A stretch of 39,450 nucleotides of DNA from assembly GCA_964605975.1 (NCBI GenBank), contig CAZSER010000001.1, forward strand, positions 1 through 39,450, written 5' to 3'. This stretch comes from an uncultured Gammaproteobacteria bacterium (GTDB lineage Bacteria; Patescibacteriota; Patescibacteriia; UBA11705; JABHMO01). A model generated the notes under the pieces. It was not told the DNA's origin and did no database searches. It saw nothing but the letters and a program-made list of their open reading frames with translations. Both the position numbers and the translations under genes were made by a program. Below, in pieces: positions 32,835-39,450 of this stretch. Positions within the stretch are counted from its first letter, which is position 1, and each line of letters begins with the position of its first letter.

Positions 32835-34175
32835 ATGTCAAGAATTTTAAATTTGGAAAGCAAAAACTTTATTGGACAAGAAGTTTTGATTAAGGGCTGG
32901 GTGAGTAATCGTCGAAACATGGGTAAAATTGCTTTTTTGGATATGCGGGATCGTTCGGGGATTTTACAAGTGGTGGTTGTTCCGGCGGAACTAGATGAAG
33001 ATTCTCAAAATTTAATTTCGGAAATAAGATCGGAATATGTTTTGGAAATTAGAGGTATTGTTAATGAACGGGGAGAAAAACAAAAAAATACGGATTTGCC
33101 AACAGGTTTAGTGGAACTTTTGGCCAAGAAAATTAAAATTTTAAGTCGAGCAGAAACTTTGCCTTATGATTTAAGTACCGAAATGAGGACAGATACTTAT
33201 TTAGACAATTTGCCACTTAATTTACGAGAAGAAAAAAAACAGGCGATTTTTAAAATTCAAAGTGAGTTGATTGCTGGTTTTCGTGATCATTTAGATAGCA
33301 ATGGATTTACCGAATTTCAATCTCCCAAAATTGTGGCCGGAGCGACAGAAGGCGGAGCTAATGTCTTTACCGTTAACTATTTTGGACGCAAGGCTTATTT
33401 GGGGCAGTCACCACAGTTTTACAAGCAGATAATGGTGGGAGTTTTTGAAAGAGTTTATACTACTGGAAATGTTTATCGTGCCGAAGAACATGATACCAAT
33501 AGACATATTAATGAATATACCAGTTTGGATTTTGAAATGGGTTTTATTGATGATTATACGGAGGTAATGCAAATGGTTTATCAAACAGTTTTTGAGATGA
33601 TGAGTAGAGTTCGGCAAAACTGTTCTACTGAAATAAAAATGCTTCAAGCAACAATGCCAGAGATGCCAGAAAAATATCCGGTATTAAAACTAAAAGAAGC
33701 GCAAAAAATTTTGGAAAATAAATATGGGGAGAAGGGAGTTCTCGACGAACCAGATTTAGAACCTCATCAAGAAAGATTATTAGGGCAATATGCCAAAGAA
33801 AATTTTAATTCGGATTTTATTTTTATTACGCATTATCCCGTTGCTAAAAGACCAATGTACACAATGGAAGATCCAAATGATCCTGGTTTTACCAAAAGTT
33901 TTGATTTGCTTTTTCGGGGGACGGAAATTGTTACTGGAAGTCAAAGAATAAATGAGTATGATAATTTAGTGAAAAATATGGAAAAGTTTGGGTTAAATCC
34001 GGCAGATTTTCAATATTATTTACAAGCTTTTAAATATGGGATGCCACCGGAAGGAGGGATTGGTATGGGATTAGAAAGAGTCACTTGGCAACTTTTGGGG
34101 TTAGATAATATCAAAAAAGCTACACTTTTTCCTCGGGATCAAGTTAGAATTGATGAACTGTTATCCGAGAAATAG
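32835..34175 (+). CDS. aspS: aspartate--tRNA ligase, short archaeal/type-2 form
   Basis: Class II motifs (FRGTEIVTGSQRI, GMGLERV), GQSPQFYKQ aspartate-pocket motif, OB-fold N-terminus. 446 aa, with no bacterial insertion domain. Confidence 0.9.
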   Translation: MSRILNLESKNFIGQEVLIKGWVSNRRNMGKIAFLDMRDRSGILQVVVVPAELDEDSQNLISEIRSEYVLEIRGIVNERGEKQKNTDLPTGLVELLAKKIKILSRAETLPYDLSTEMRTDTYLDNLPLNLREEKKQAIFKIQSELIAGFRDHLDSNGFTEFQSPKIVAGATEGGANVFTVNYFGRKAYLGQSPQFYKQIMVGVFERVYTTGNVYRAEEHDTNRHINEYTSLDFEMGFIDDYTEVMQMVYQTVFEMMSRVRQNCSTEIKMLQATMPEMPEKYPVLKLKEAQKILENKYGEKGVLDEPDLEPHQERLLGQYAKENFNSDFIFITHYPVAKRPMYTMEDPNDPGFTKSFDLLFRGTEIVTGSQRINEYDNLVKNMEKFGLNPADFQYYLQAFKYGMPPEGGIGMGLERVTWQLLGLDNIKKATLFPRDQVRIDELLSEK

Positions 34176-34217
34176 TTTTTTTGAAAAATTTTGATTATGT
34201 TGTCATCTTGATTTTCT

Positions 34218-34327
34218 TTCTCTTTTGTCATATCGACCGAGTGAACACTAGTGAACGAGTGGATAGATTTCATGTTTGCAGTTTACCAATTTGAGATTTC
34301 TCCATTACAGTCGAAATGACAAATTGG
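34218..34327 (-). repeat. palindromic MITE/REP-like intergenic repeat, copy 2 (inverted relative to copy 1)
   Basis: The reverse complement begins CCAATTTGTCATTTCGA (17/17 identical to copy 1). It also shares GAGAAATCTCAAATTGG (17/17), TAAACTGCA, CATGA.ATCT.TCCA and the terminal ATGACAAAA. Confidence 0.7.
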
Positions 34328-34397
34328 GGAGTTCTTTATCTTTTTGTTCTTTTAGGACTTTTCGATTTAAGTGATAAACTACTGTTTTTTTATTGTT

Positions 34398-34703
34398 ATG
34401 AAATTTTCTGTTTTGCAAAAAGAAATTTTACTTTCGTGTTATAATAGAGGTGACAAAAAAATAAATCGCCGAGTTTTTGAACTTTTTTGCCAACAAAAAA
34501 GTCATGCCAAAGAAAGTTTGCGAGTAAAAATTTTAACCCAAAGTTTGGAAAATTTAATCGAGAAAAATTTACTAATTGGTTATGGAATCAGAACTCCGAA
34601 AAAGTGGTTTTTGCAAGCCGTTTCATTAACTAAACAAGGTCATAAAATCAGCAAAAAACTTTTTTCTGAACAGTTAAAACTGAAACTTGGTTTTCGGAAG
34701 TGA
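34398..34703 (+). CDS. small basic protein (101 aa), possible winged-helix DNA-binding protein
   Basis: ATG at 34398 (the track start is a GTG at 34371). Helix-rich N-terminal part followed by a wing-like GYGIRTPKKWFLQAVSLTKQG. The family assignment is tentative. Confidence 0.55.
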   Translation: MKFSVLQKEILLSCYNRGDKKINRRVFELFCQQKSHAKESLRVKILTQSLENLIEKNLLIGYGIRTPKKWFLQAVSLTKQGHKISKKLFSEQLKLKLGFRK

Positions 34704-34746
34704 CTGTTTTTTTAAGACAAATAAAGATTAAGGGATAAAAATAAAA

Positions 34747-35436
34747 ATGTTGGAAATAAAAATGGAAAAATTTAATGGTCCTTTGGATTTACTATTGCAG
34801 TTGATTGAGAAGGACAAATTAGAAATTACCGAAATTTCTTTGGCTCAAGTGACGGAAGAATATTTGCTTAAAATAGAAGGGATGATCGATATTAATCCGG
34901 AAGATTTGGCCGATTTTTTGATTGTCGCCACGCGTTTATTATTATTGAAGTCGAGGGCAATTTTACCGGTATTAGAAGATGATGAATCTATTGATGATTT
35001 ACAAAAGCAGTTAAAAATGTACAAAGAGTTTGTCGAGGCTAGTAAAAAAATTTTATTGAGGTTAAAAGAAGGGAAGGTCTCTTTTGCTAGAAATAAGATG
35101 CCAATGAAGACGGAAATAAAATTTTCACCAGGGCAAAAGATTACGGAACAAAAATTGAGGGAAGCTTTTTTACAGGTTTTAAAAAAGCTTGACCCTTTGG
35201 TTAAAATCCCCAAACAGATAATTGAAAAAACGGTGACATTGCAACAGAAAATTTTTGATCTTAAAAATTTTCTGCAAAACAGCAAAAAGATTGGATTTCG
35301 AGATTTGGTTAGTAAATCCGAAAACAAGACGGAAGTGATTATGAATTTTTTGGCGATTTTGGAACTTTTAAAACAAAAAGAACTAAGAGTTCGTCAGGGG
35401 AATTTATTTGAAGATATCATTATTGAAAAAAATTAA
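34747..35436 (+). CDS. scpA: segregation and condensation protein A (kleisin)
   Basis: KFNGPLDLLLQLIEKDKLEITEISLAQVTEEYL is the canonical ScpA N-terminus. 229 aa. Confidence 0.9.
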   Translation: MLEIKMEKFNGPLDLLLQLIEKDKLEITEISLAQVTEEYLLKIEGMIDINPEDLADFLIVATRLLLLKSRAILPVLEDDESIDDLQKQLKMYKEFVEASKKILLRLKEGKVSFARNKMPMKTEIKFSPGQKITEQKLREAFLQVLKKLDPLVKIPKQIIEKTVTLQQKIFDLKNFLQNSKKIGFRDLVSKSENKTEVIMNFLAILELLKQKELRVRQGNLFEDIIIEKN

Positions 35437-35438
35437 TT

Positions 35439-35999
35439 ATGTTTAAGAAAAAAATAGAAAGTTTGTTATTTGCATCCGCAAAACCTTTGAGTAGGAATTT
35501 TTTCATTAAATTTTTCCGTTCACAAGAAGAAATTATTTCTACAGAACAGTTAGAGATTTTTATTTCGGACTTAAAGAGAAAATATAATGAAGATTCCGAG
35601 AGTGGGATTGTTATTGTTGAAGCTGGTGATGGTTGGCAAATGGTGACTAGCGGTGATTGTTCCGAAACCGTTAAAATGTTGATAAAAGATGAAACAGTAG
35701 GGGAACTTACTCCGGCGTCATTAGAAACTTTGACGGTAATTGCTTATCGAGGTCCGATTGCAAAAGCGGAATTAGAGCAAATTAGAGGTGTTAACTGCTC
35801 TTTGATTTTACGAAATTTATTAATTAGAGGACTGATTATTGCCAAAGAAGACATTTCCAAAAACAAAGTTTATTATCAGGTGACTATTGAGTTTTTAAAA
35901 TATTTAGGATTAAATTCAGTCAATGAATTGCCAGACTTTGCTAAGTTAAGTCAAGCTACAGATTTACAAGCATATTTAGATCAGTCGATGAAGGAATAA
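35439..35999 (+). CDS. scpB: segregation and condensation protein B
   Basis: IESLLFASAKPLS start and LETLTVIAYRGPIAKAELEQIRGVN winged-helix motif. Starts 2 nt after scpA. Confidence 0.9.
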   Translation: MFKKKIESLLFASAKPLSRNFFIKFFRSQEEIISTEQLEIFISDLKRKYNEDSESGIVIVEAGDGWQMVTSGDCSETVKMLIKDETVGELTPASLETLTVIAYRGPIAKAELEQIRGVNCSLILRNLLIRGLIIAKEDISKNKVYYQVTIEFLKYLGLNSVNELPDFAKLSQATDLQAYLDQSMKE

Positions 36000-36152
36000 G
36001 GGTAAGATAAAAAATGAAGAAAATTTTTGGCAGAAAAAGATTTATATTTGTTGATTTTTTAAAAATTGGGAGAGTGGGGTTTGTTAAAATTCAGTAGTTC
36101 TTGATTAAATGTTTCGCTTTGTAATTAAGTTTATAATTTATTTTTTTAAAAA

Positions 36153-37058
36153 ATGTTATTTAAGTTATTAGTGTTACTTTCTTTTGCCGGAGGAACTTTC
36201 TTGTCCGGTAATGTTATGGATCACTATTTTTCTATTTCTGGAATTGATAAACAAGTAGCTCCAAACAAGGTTGATGAAAAAAATTTAGGAGTGATAGTTT
36301 CGGCTGAAAAGTTTATTGCGATTGATGTTCGTAGTGGTAAGGTTTTATTACAAAAGGATCCTGATAAAAAACAACCAATTGCTAGTTTAACAAAATTATT
36401 AACGGCACTGGTAATTGCTGATTTGGAAAATATTGAATGGAATAAGCGGGTTGAACTTATTGAGCAAGATGAAACGGTCGGAGCAATGCCTCATCTCTAT
36501 CGTGGAGAAGAAGTGTCTTTTGAGGATCTTTTTTACTCTGCTTTGGTTAGCTCGGATAATAATTCAATTATTGCAATGATTAGATCCTTGGGGATTTCAA
36601 GATCTGAATTTATAGAAATGATGAATAACAAAGCGCAGGATTTAGAGATGTTTGATTCTGTCTTTGATGATCCAACGGGATTATCAAAACAAAATATTTC
36701 CACTGCTTATGATGTTGCTAAATTAGTTTATTCGGCTATGAAAAATGACAAAATAGCAGAGGCCGTTTTGAGCAAAAGTCACACTATTTTTTTTGCGGAA
36801 AAAAATAAAAAAAGGATTTTACGAAATACCGATATTTTATTAAACAGTTTTCTTAATAATGAAAACTATGGTTATGATTTTTTGGGGGGAAAGACCGGAT
36901 TTATTCCTGAGGCCGGATATTGTTTGGGAGTAAAAATTTCCAAAAACGGTTATCCTGTTGTTATTATTGTCTTAGATAGTGAAAGTATTGAGAGTAGATT
37001 TAATGATGTTAAAGTTATTGCTGATTGGGTTTTCGAAAATTATAATTGGCCAAAATAA
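36153..37058 (+). CDS. D-alanyl-D-alanine carboxypeptidase (peptidase S11, low-MW PBP)
   Basis: SxxK (ASLTKLL), SxN (SSDNN) and KTG (GGKTGF) motifs in the right order. N-terminal signal/anchor. Confidence 0.85.
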   Translation: MLFKLLVLLSFAGGTFLSGNVMDHYFSISGIDKQVAPNKVDEKNLGVIVSAEKFIAIDVRSGKVLLQKDPDKKQPIASLTKLLTALVIADLENIEWNKRVELIEQDETVGAMPHLYRGEEVSFEDLFYSALVSSDNNSIIAMIRSLGISRSEFIEMMNNKAQDLEMFDSVFDDPTGLSKQNISTAYDVAKLVYSAMKNDKIAEAVLSKSHTIFFAEKNKKRILRNTDILLNSFLNNENYGYDFLGGKTGFIPEAGYCLGVKISKNGYPVVIIVLDSESIESRFNDVKVIADWVFENYNWPK

Positions 37059-37061
37059 ATT

Positions 37062-38219
37062 ATGCGTTTTGGTATTGATTGCCGAAATTTTTACGATGTC
37101 CAAAACAATTCCGGAGCCGGAATTGAGCGTTATGTTTATCATTTGGTAAGAAATATTTTGCGTCTGCATCGAGCAGACGATTTTGTTCTTTTTTTTCGTC
37201 CGGATATTAGTTCTCTGACAATAAAAAAAGTTAAAGAAGATCATTCTCGAGTAAAAATAGTAAAAGTTGGACAACCGAATAAAAAAATTCCCTTTTGGGA
37301 TAATCATGTCCATTTTTCTCGTATTTTAAAAAAAGAAAAATTAGATGTTGTCTTGTTTCCGGCTAATGTTGTCCCTTTTTTTTATCGTCAAAAAAGCATT
37401 GTAGTTATACATGATTTGGCAATTTATTCTCATCCCGAGTGGTTTCCTGAGAAACAAAGTTTTGCTAAAAATTTTTTAGTCCCAAATTCATTAAAAAAGG
37501 CAACGGCTATTATTACCGTTTCTAATAATACCAAAAATGATATTATTAAAATTTTTGGATTAGATGGGAAAAAAATAAAGGTTATTTATCCGGGAGTTAC
37601 TATCAAGGATAACTATACCGATATGGATTTTTTGGCAACAAAAAGAAAATTTTCTTTAAAAGAAGAGTTTATTTTGTTTTTGGGCACAATAGAACCACGG
37701 AAGAACATTATGGGCTTACTAGAGGAATTTATTGGTTTTTGTGAAGAAAATAAAAATCAAAAAATCCAGCTTGTTTTGGCCGGATCTCAAGGATGGATTT
37801 ATCAATCAATAATGGATAAAATAAGAAATATTAATGCAAATAAAGAAAAAAAATTAATCCATTATTTGGGAAGAATTGGCAACCGAGAACGAAATATTTT
37901 ATTAAAAAATTGTCGATTATTTATTTATCCTTCTTTTTATGAGGGATTTGGTTTTCCCGTGGTTGAAGCAATGGCTTTGGGCGCACCGGTGATCTGTTCT
38001 AATAATTCTTCTTTGGGAGAAATAGCTGATGGACATTCTTTGACTATAGATGTTTTCCAAAAAGGAGAAATAAAAAAAGCGATAGAAGAATTAGTTCTAA
38101 ATAACAGTTTACGAGAAAAATATCGTCAACAAGGATTTCTACGGGCAAGGGATTTCTCTTGGAAAAGTTCGGCTAATAAAGTTTTGCAAATGATGATTGA
38201 TATTGGCAAAAAAAAATAA
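37062..38219 (+). CDS. glycosyltransferase family 4
   Basis: YEGFGFPVVEAMALGAPVICSNNSSLGE motif. MRFGIDCRNF start resembles the GT at 5640-6782. Confidence 0.9.
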   Translation: MRFGIDCRNFYDVQNNSGAGIERYVYHLVRNILRLHRADDFVLFFRPDISSLTIKKVKEDHSRVKIVKVGQPNKKIPFWDNHVHFSRILKKEKLDVVLFPANVVPFFYRQKSIVVIHDLAIYSHPEWFPEKQSFAKNFLVPNSLKKATAIITVSNNTKNDIIKIFGLDGKKIKVIYPGVTIKDNYTDMDFLATKRKFSLKEEFILFLGTIEPRKNIMGLLEEFIGFCEENKNQKIQLVLAGSQGWIYQSIMDKIRNINANKEKKLIHYLGRIGNRERNILLKNCRLFIYPSFYEGFGFPVVEAMALGAPVICSNNSSLGEIADGHSLTIDVFQKGEIKKAIEELVLNNSLREKYRQQGFLRARDFSWKSSANKVLQMMIDIGKKK

Positions 38220-38224
38220 AATTT

Positions 38225-39169
38225 TTAGAGATCAATATTTAGAACAGATATTTCGGGGGGCACAAAAAGTCTGGCGCGTGCTCCGCTTTCTCCTAGTCCT
38301 TGTGAAATAAAAAGTTGCAAGTTTGAAAAATTGAAAAGACCACGATCATATTTTTGACCTAATTTAGTCGGTATTTTTGCTAGACTTCCCCAAAATGGCA
38401 AGCGGAACTGTCCGCCATGCGTATGTCCAGAAATAACAAGGTCAAATTTTTTTTCTAATGGTAATAAAACAATTTCTGGATTATGAGAAATCAGTACTGT
38501 TTTCTGGCGCGGATCACATTTTTCATAAGCAGTTAAAAAGTTCGCTTTTCCTGTCCAAAAGTCAATAATTCCAGCGATATTTATTTTTTGGTTTTTTACA
38601 GTTACAACTTGGCAGTTGTTATCTAGCACTGTAATATTGTTTTCAAAAAAAAAGGTCCTGGTGTTAGCAGAAAGATCTTGAAATTTTGGATCAGCAAAAA
38701 ATCCTTGATTATATTCATGGTTTCCCATTACGGCAAAAGTGGGGAATAGGGAACTAATTTTTGATAGGGGGAAAAGTAGTTCAGTGGAGTTAATTTTTCC
38801 ATCAACATAATCTCCACCCAAAATAACAATATCTGGTTGTAGTTTGATAACTTTTTTTACAATACGATTTAAGAAAAAGGCAGATTTATAGTTTCCTAAA
38901 TGAAGATCAGTAAGAACAATCAAGCGGATATTTTCATTCTGGATTGTCTGGCCGAATTTAATAGGGTATTCTTTGCTGGTAATAATTTTTGGTTCGACAA
39001 AGGAACCATAGAAGGTTAAAAGTAAAACTATTAGAGAAAGTGAAAAAAATAGCCACAAGAAAAAATTTTTTCCTTGGCCGGTTTTTTTGGCATTATGCCA
39101 AAAAAACCGGACTAATCCGCTACTGGTTAAAATTATTAAAATAATCCAAAAATCAAAAAAATAACGCAT
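38225..39169 (-). CDS. membrane-anchored metallophosphoesterase (calcineurin-like, YaeI-type)
   Basis: LTDLHLG, GGDYVDG, GNHEY and GHTHGGQ motifs. Two N-terminal TM helices. Confidence 0.85.
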   Translation of the reverse strand: MRYFFDFWIILIILTSSGLVRFFWHNAKKTGQGKNFFLWLFFSLSLIVLLLTFYGSFVEPKIITSKEYPIKFGQTIQNENIRLIVLTDLHLGNYKSAFFLNRIVKKVIKLQPDIVILGGDYVDGKINSTELLFPLSKISSLFPTFAVMGNHEYNQGFFADPKFQDLSANTRTFFFENNITVLDNNCQVVTVKNQKINIAGIIDFWTGKANFLTAYEKCDPRQKTVLISHNPEIVLLPLEKKFDLVISGHTHGGQFRLPFWGSLAKIPTKLGQKYDRGLFNFSNLQLFISQGLGESGARARLFVPPEISVLNIDL

Positions 39170-39215
39170 AAAATAAAACTTTATATTTACAGTTTAACAG
39201 AAAAAAATTTTTGAA

Positions 39216-39244
39216 ACAAAAAAAACGGAGAAAAATATCCGTTT
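39216..39244 (-). terminator. intrinsic terminator of the tRNA gene
   Basis: AAACGGA-(8 nt)-TCCGTTT hairpin 4 nt after the tRNA 3' end, followed on the minus strand by TTTTTTTT. Confidence 0.6.
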
Positions 39245-39248
39245 GCTT

Positions 39249-39325
39249 TGGTACCAGGGGGCGGGATCGAACCGCCGACCTAGGGGTTATGATTCCCTCG
39301 CTCTAACCAACTGAGCTACACTACC
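39249..39325 (-). tRNA. tRNA with CAU anticodon (elongator Met or Ile2 type), encoded CCA, atypical acceptor stem
   Basis: Minus strand: GGTAGTG-TA-GCTCAGTTGGTTAGAGC-G-AGGGA-ATCATAA-CCCCT-AGGTC-GGCGG-TTCGATC-CCGCC-CCCTGGT-A-CCA (77 nt). D, anticodon and T arms are canonical in layout. The acceptor strands pair only 5/7, including two G-U pairs. Confidence 0.75.
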
Positions 39326-39337
39326 AATTACTACAAG

Positions 39338-39366
39338 ATTTTACTATTTCAAACCGGTAATGTAAA
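39338..39366 (-). promoter_or_regulatory. candidate promoter of the tRNA gene
   Basis: Minus strand: TTTACA, 17 nt spacer, TAAAAT, 12 nt upstream of tRNA position 1. Confidence 0.45.
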
Positions 39367-39420
39367 GCATAGCTTACTATTGGCGATGCAAATTAAAGAT
39401 TAAAATCTCTTGTTTTACAC

Positions 39421-39447
39421 AAAAAATCACCGTTTCACGGTGTTTTT
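39421..39447. terminator. terminator-like hairpin at the window edge
   Basis: CACCG-(5 nt)-CGGTG flanked by an A-run and a T-run. It probably ends a gene lying beyond the right edge. Confidence 0.45.
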
Positions 39448-39450
39448 AAA

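Noticed and set aside
36014-36097. 27-aa basic mini-ORF (MKKIFGRKRFIFVDFLKIGRVGFVKIQ) between scpB and the carboxypeptidase gene
   Set aside because: It has a weak SD at best, is short, and sits in an AT-rich spacer where such ORFs arise by chance. There is no supporting context.

Overview
AT-rich, gene-dense bacterial chromosome segment using the standard genetic code (TGA is a stop at several overlapping gene junctions). By inference it resembles a reduced Patescibacteria/CPR-type genome: small housekeeping set, a DUF4012 plus GT4 envelope locus, a membrane-anchored orphan solute-binding protein, and a four-subunit 2-oxoacid:ferredoxin oxidoreductase.

Left third, minus strand: a TrmB-like regulator, then a five-gene envelope operon (three GT4 glycosyltransferases, a DUF4012 protein, a repeat-domain surface protein), purA with a coupled upstream mini-ORF, and a priming sugar transferase.

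Centre: a type-A RNase P RNA (rnpB), missed by the ORF track, sits divergent from an operon of four small, strongly SD-led orphan proteins that look paralogous. Then trpS, RNase J, an orphan family-5 SBP and secG.

Plus-strand block: a DsbA-like gene overlaps porG. The porG-porD-porA-porB operon is interrupted twice, by a ~100 nt palindromic repeat between porD and porA, and by an 810-aa exported protein (~54 Cys by my count) between porA and porB.

Right third: M48-like protease, uvrA, rplS, gmk, an RluA-family synthase, an orphan 122-aa gene, archaeal-type aspS, an inverted second copy of the palindromic repeat, a small wHTH-like gene with scpA-scpB, a D-Ala-D-Ala carboxypeptidase, another GT4, a metallophosphoesterase, and a tRNA(CAU) whose acceptor stem pairs poorly.

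I saw no transposase, integrase, CRISPR array or recognisable defence system. The best candidates for something undescribed are the Cys-rich gene embedded in the por operon together with the DsbA gene, and the four-gene orphan paralog operon next to rnpB. All family calls come from motif recognition by eye; no searches were run.
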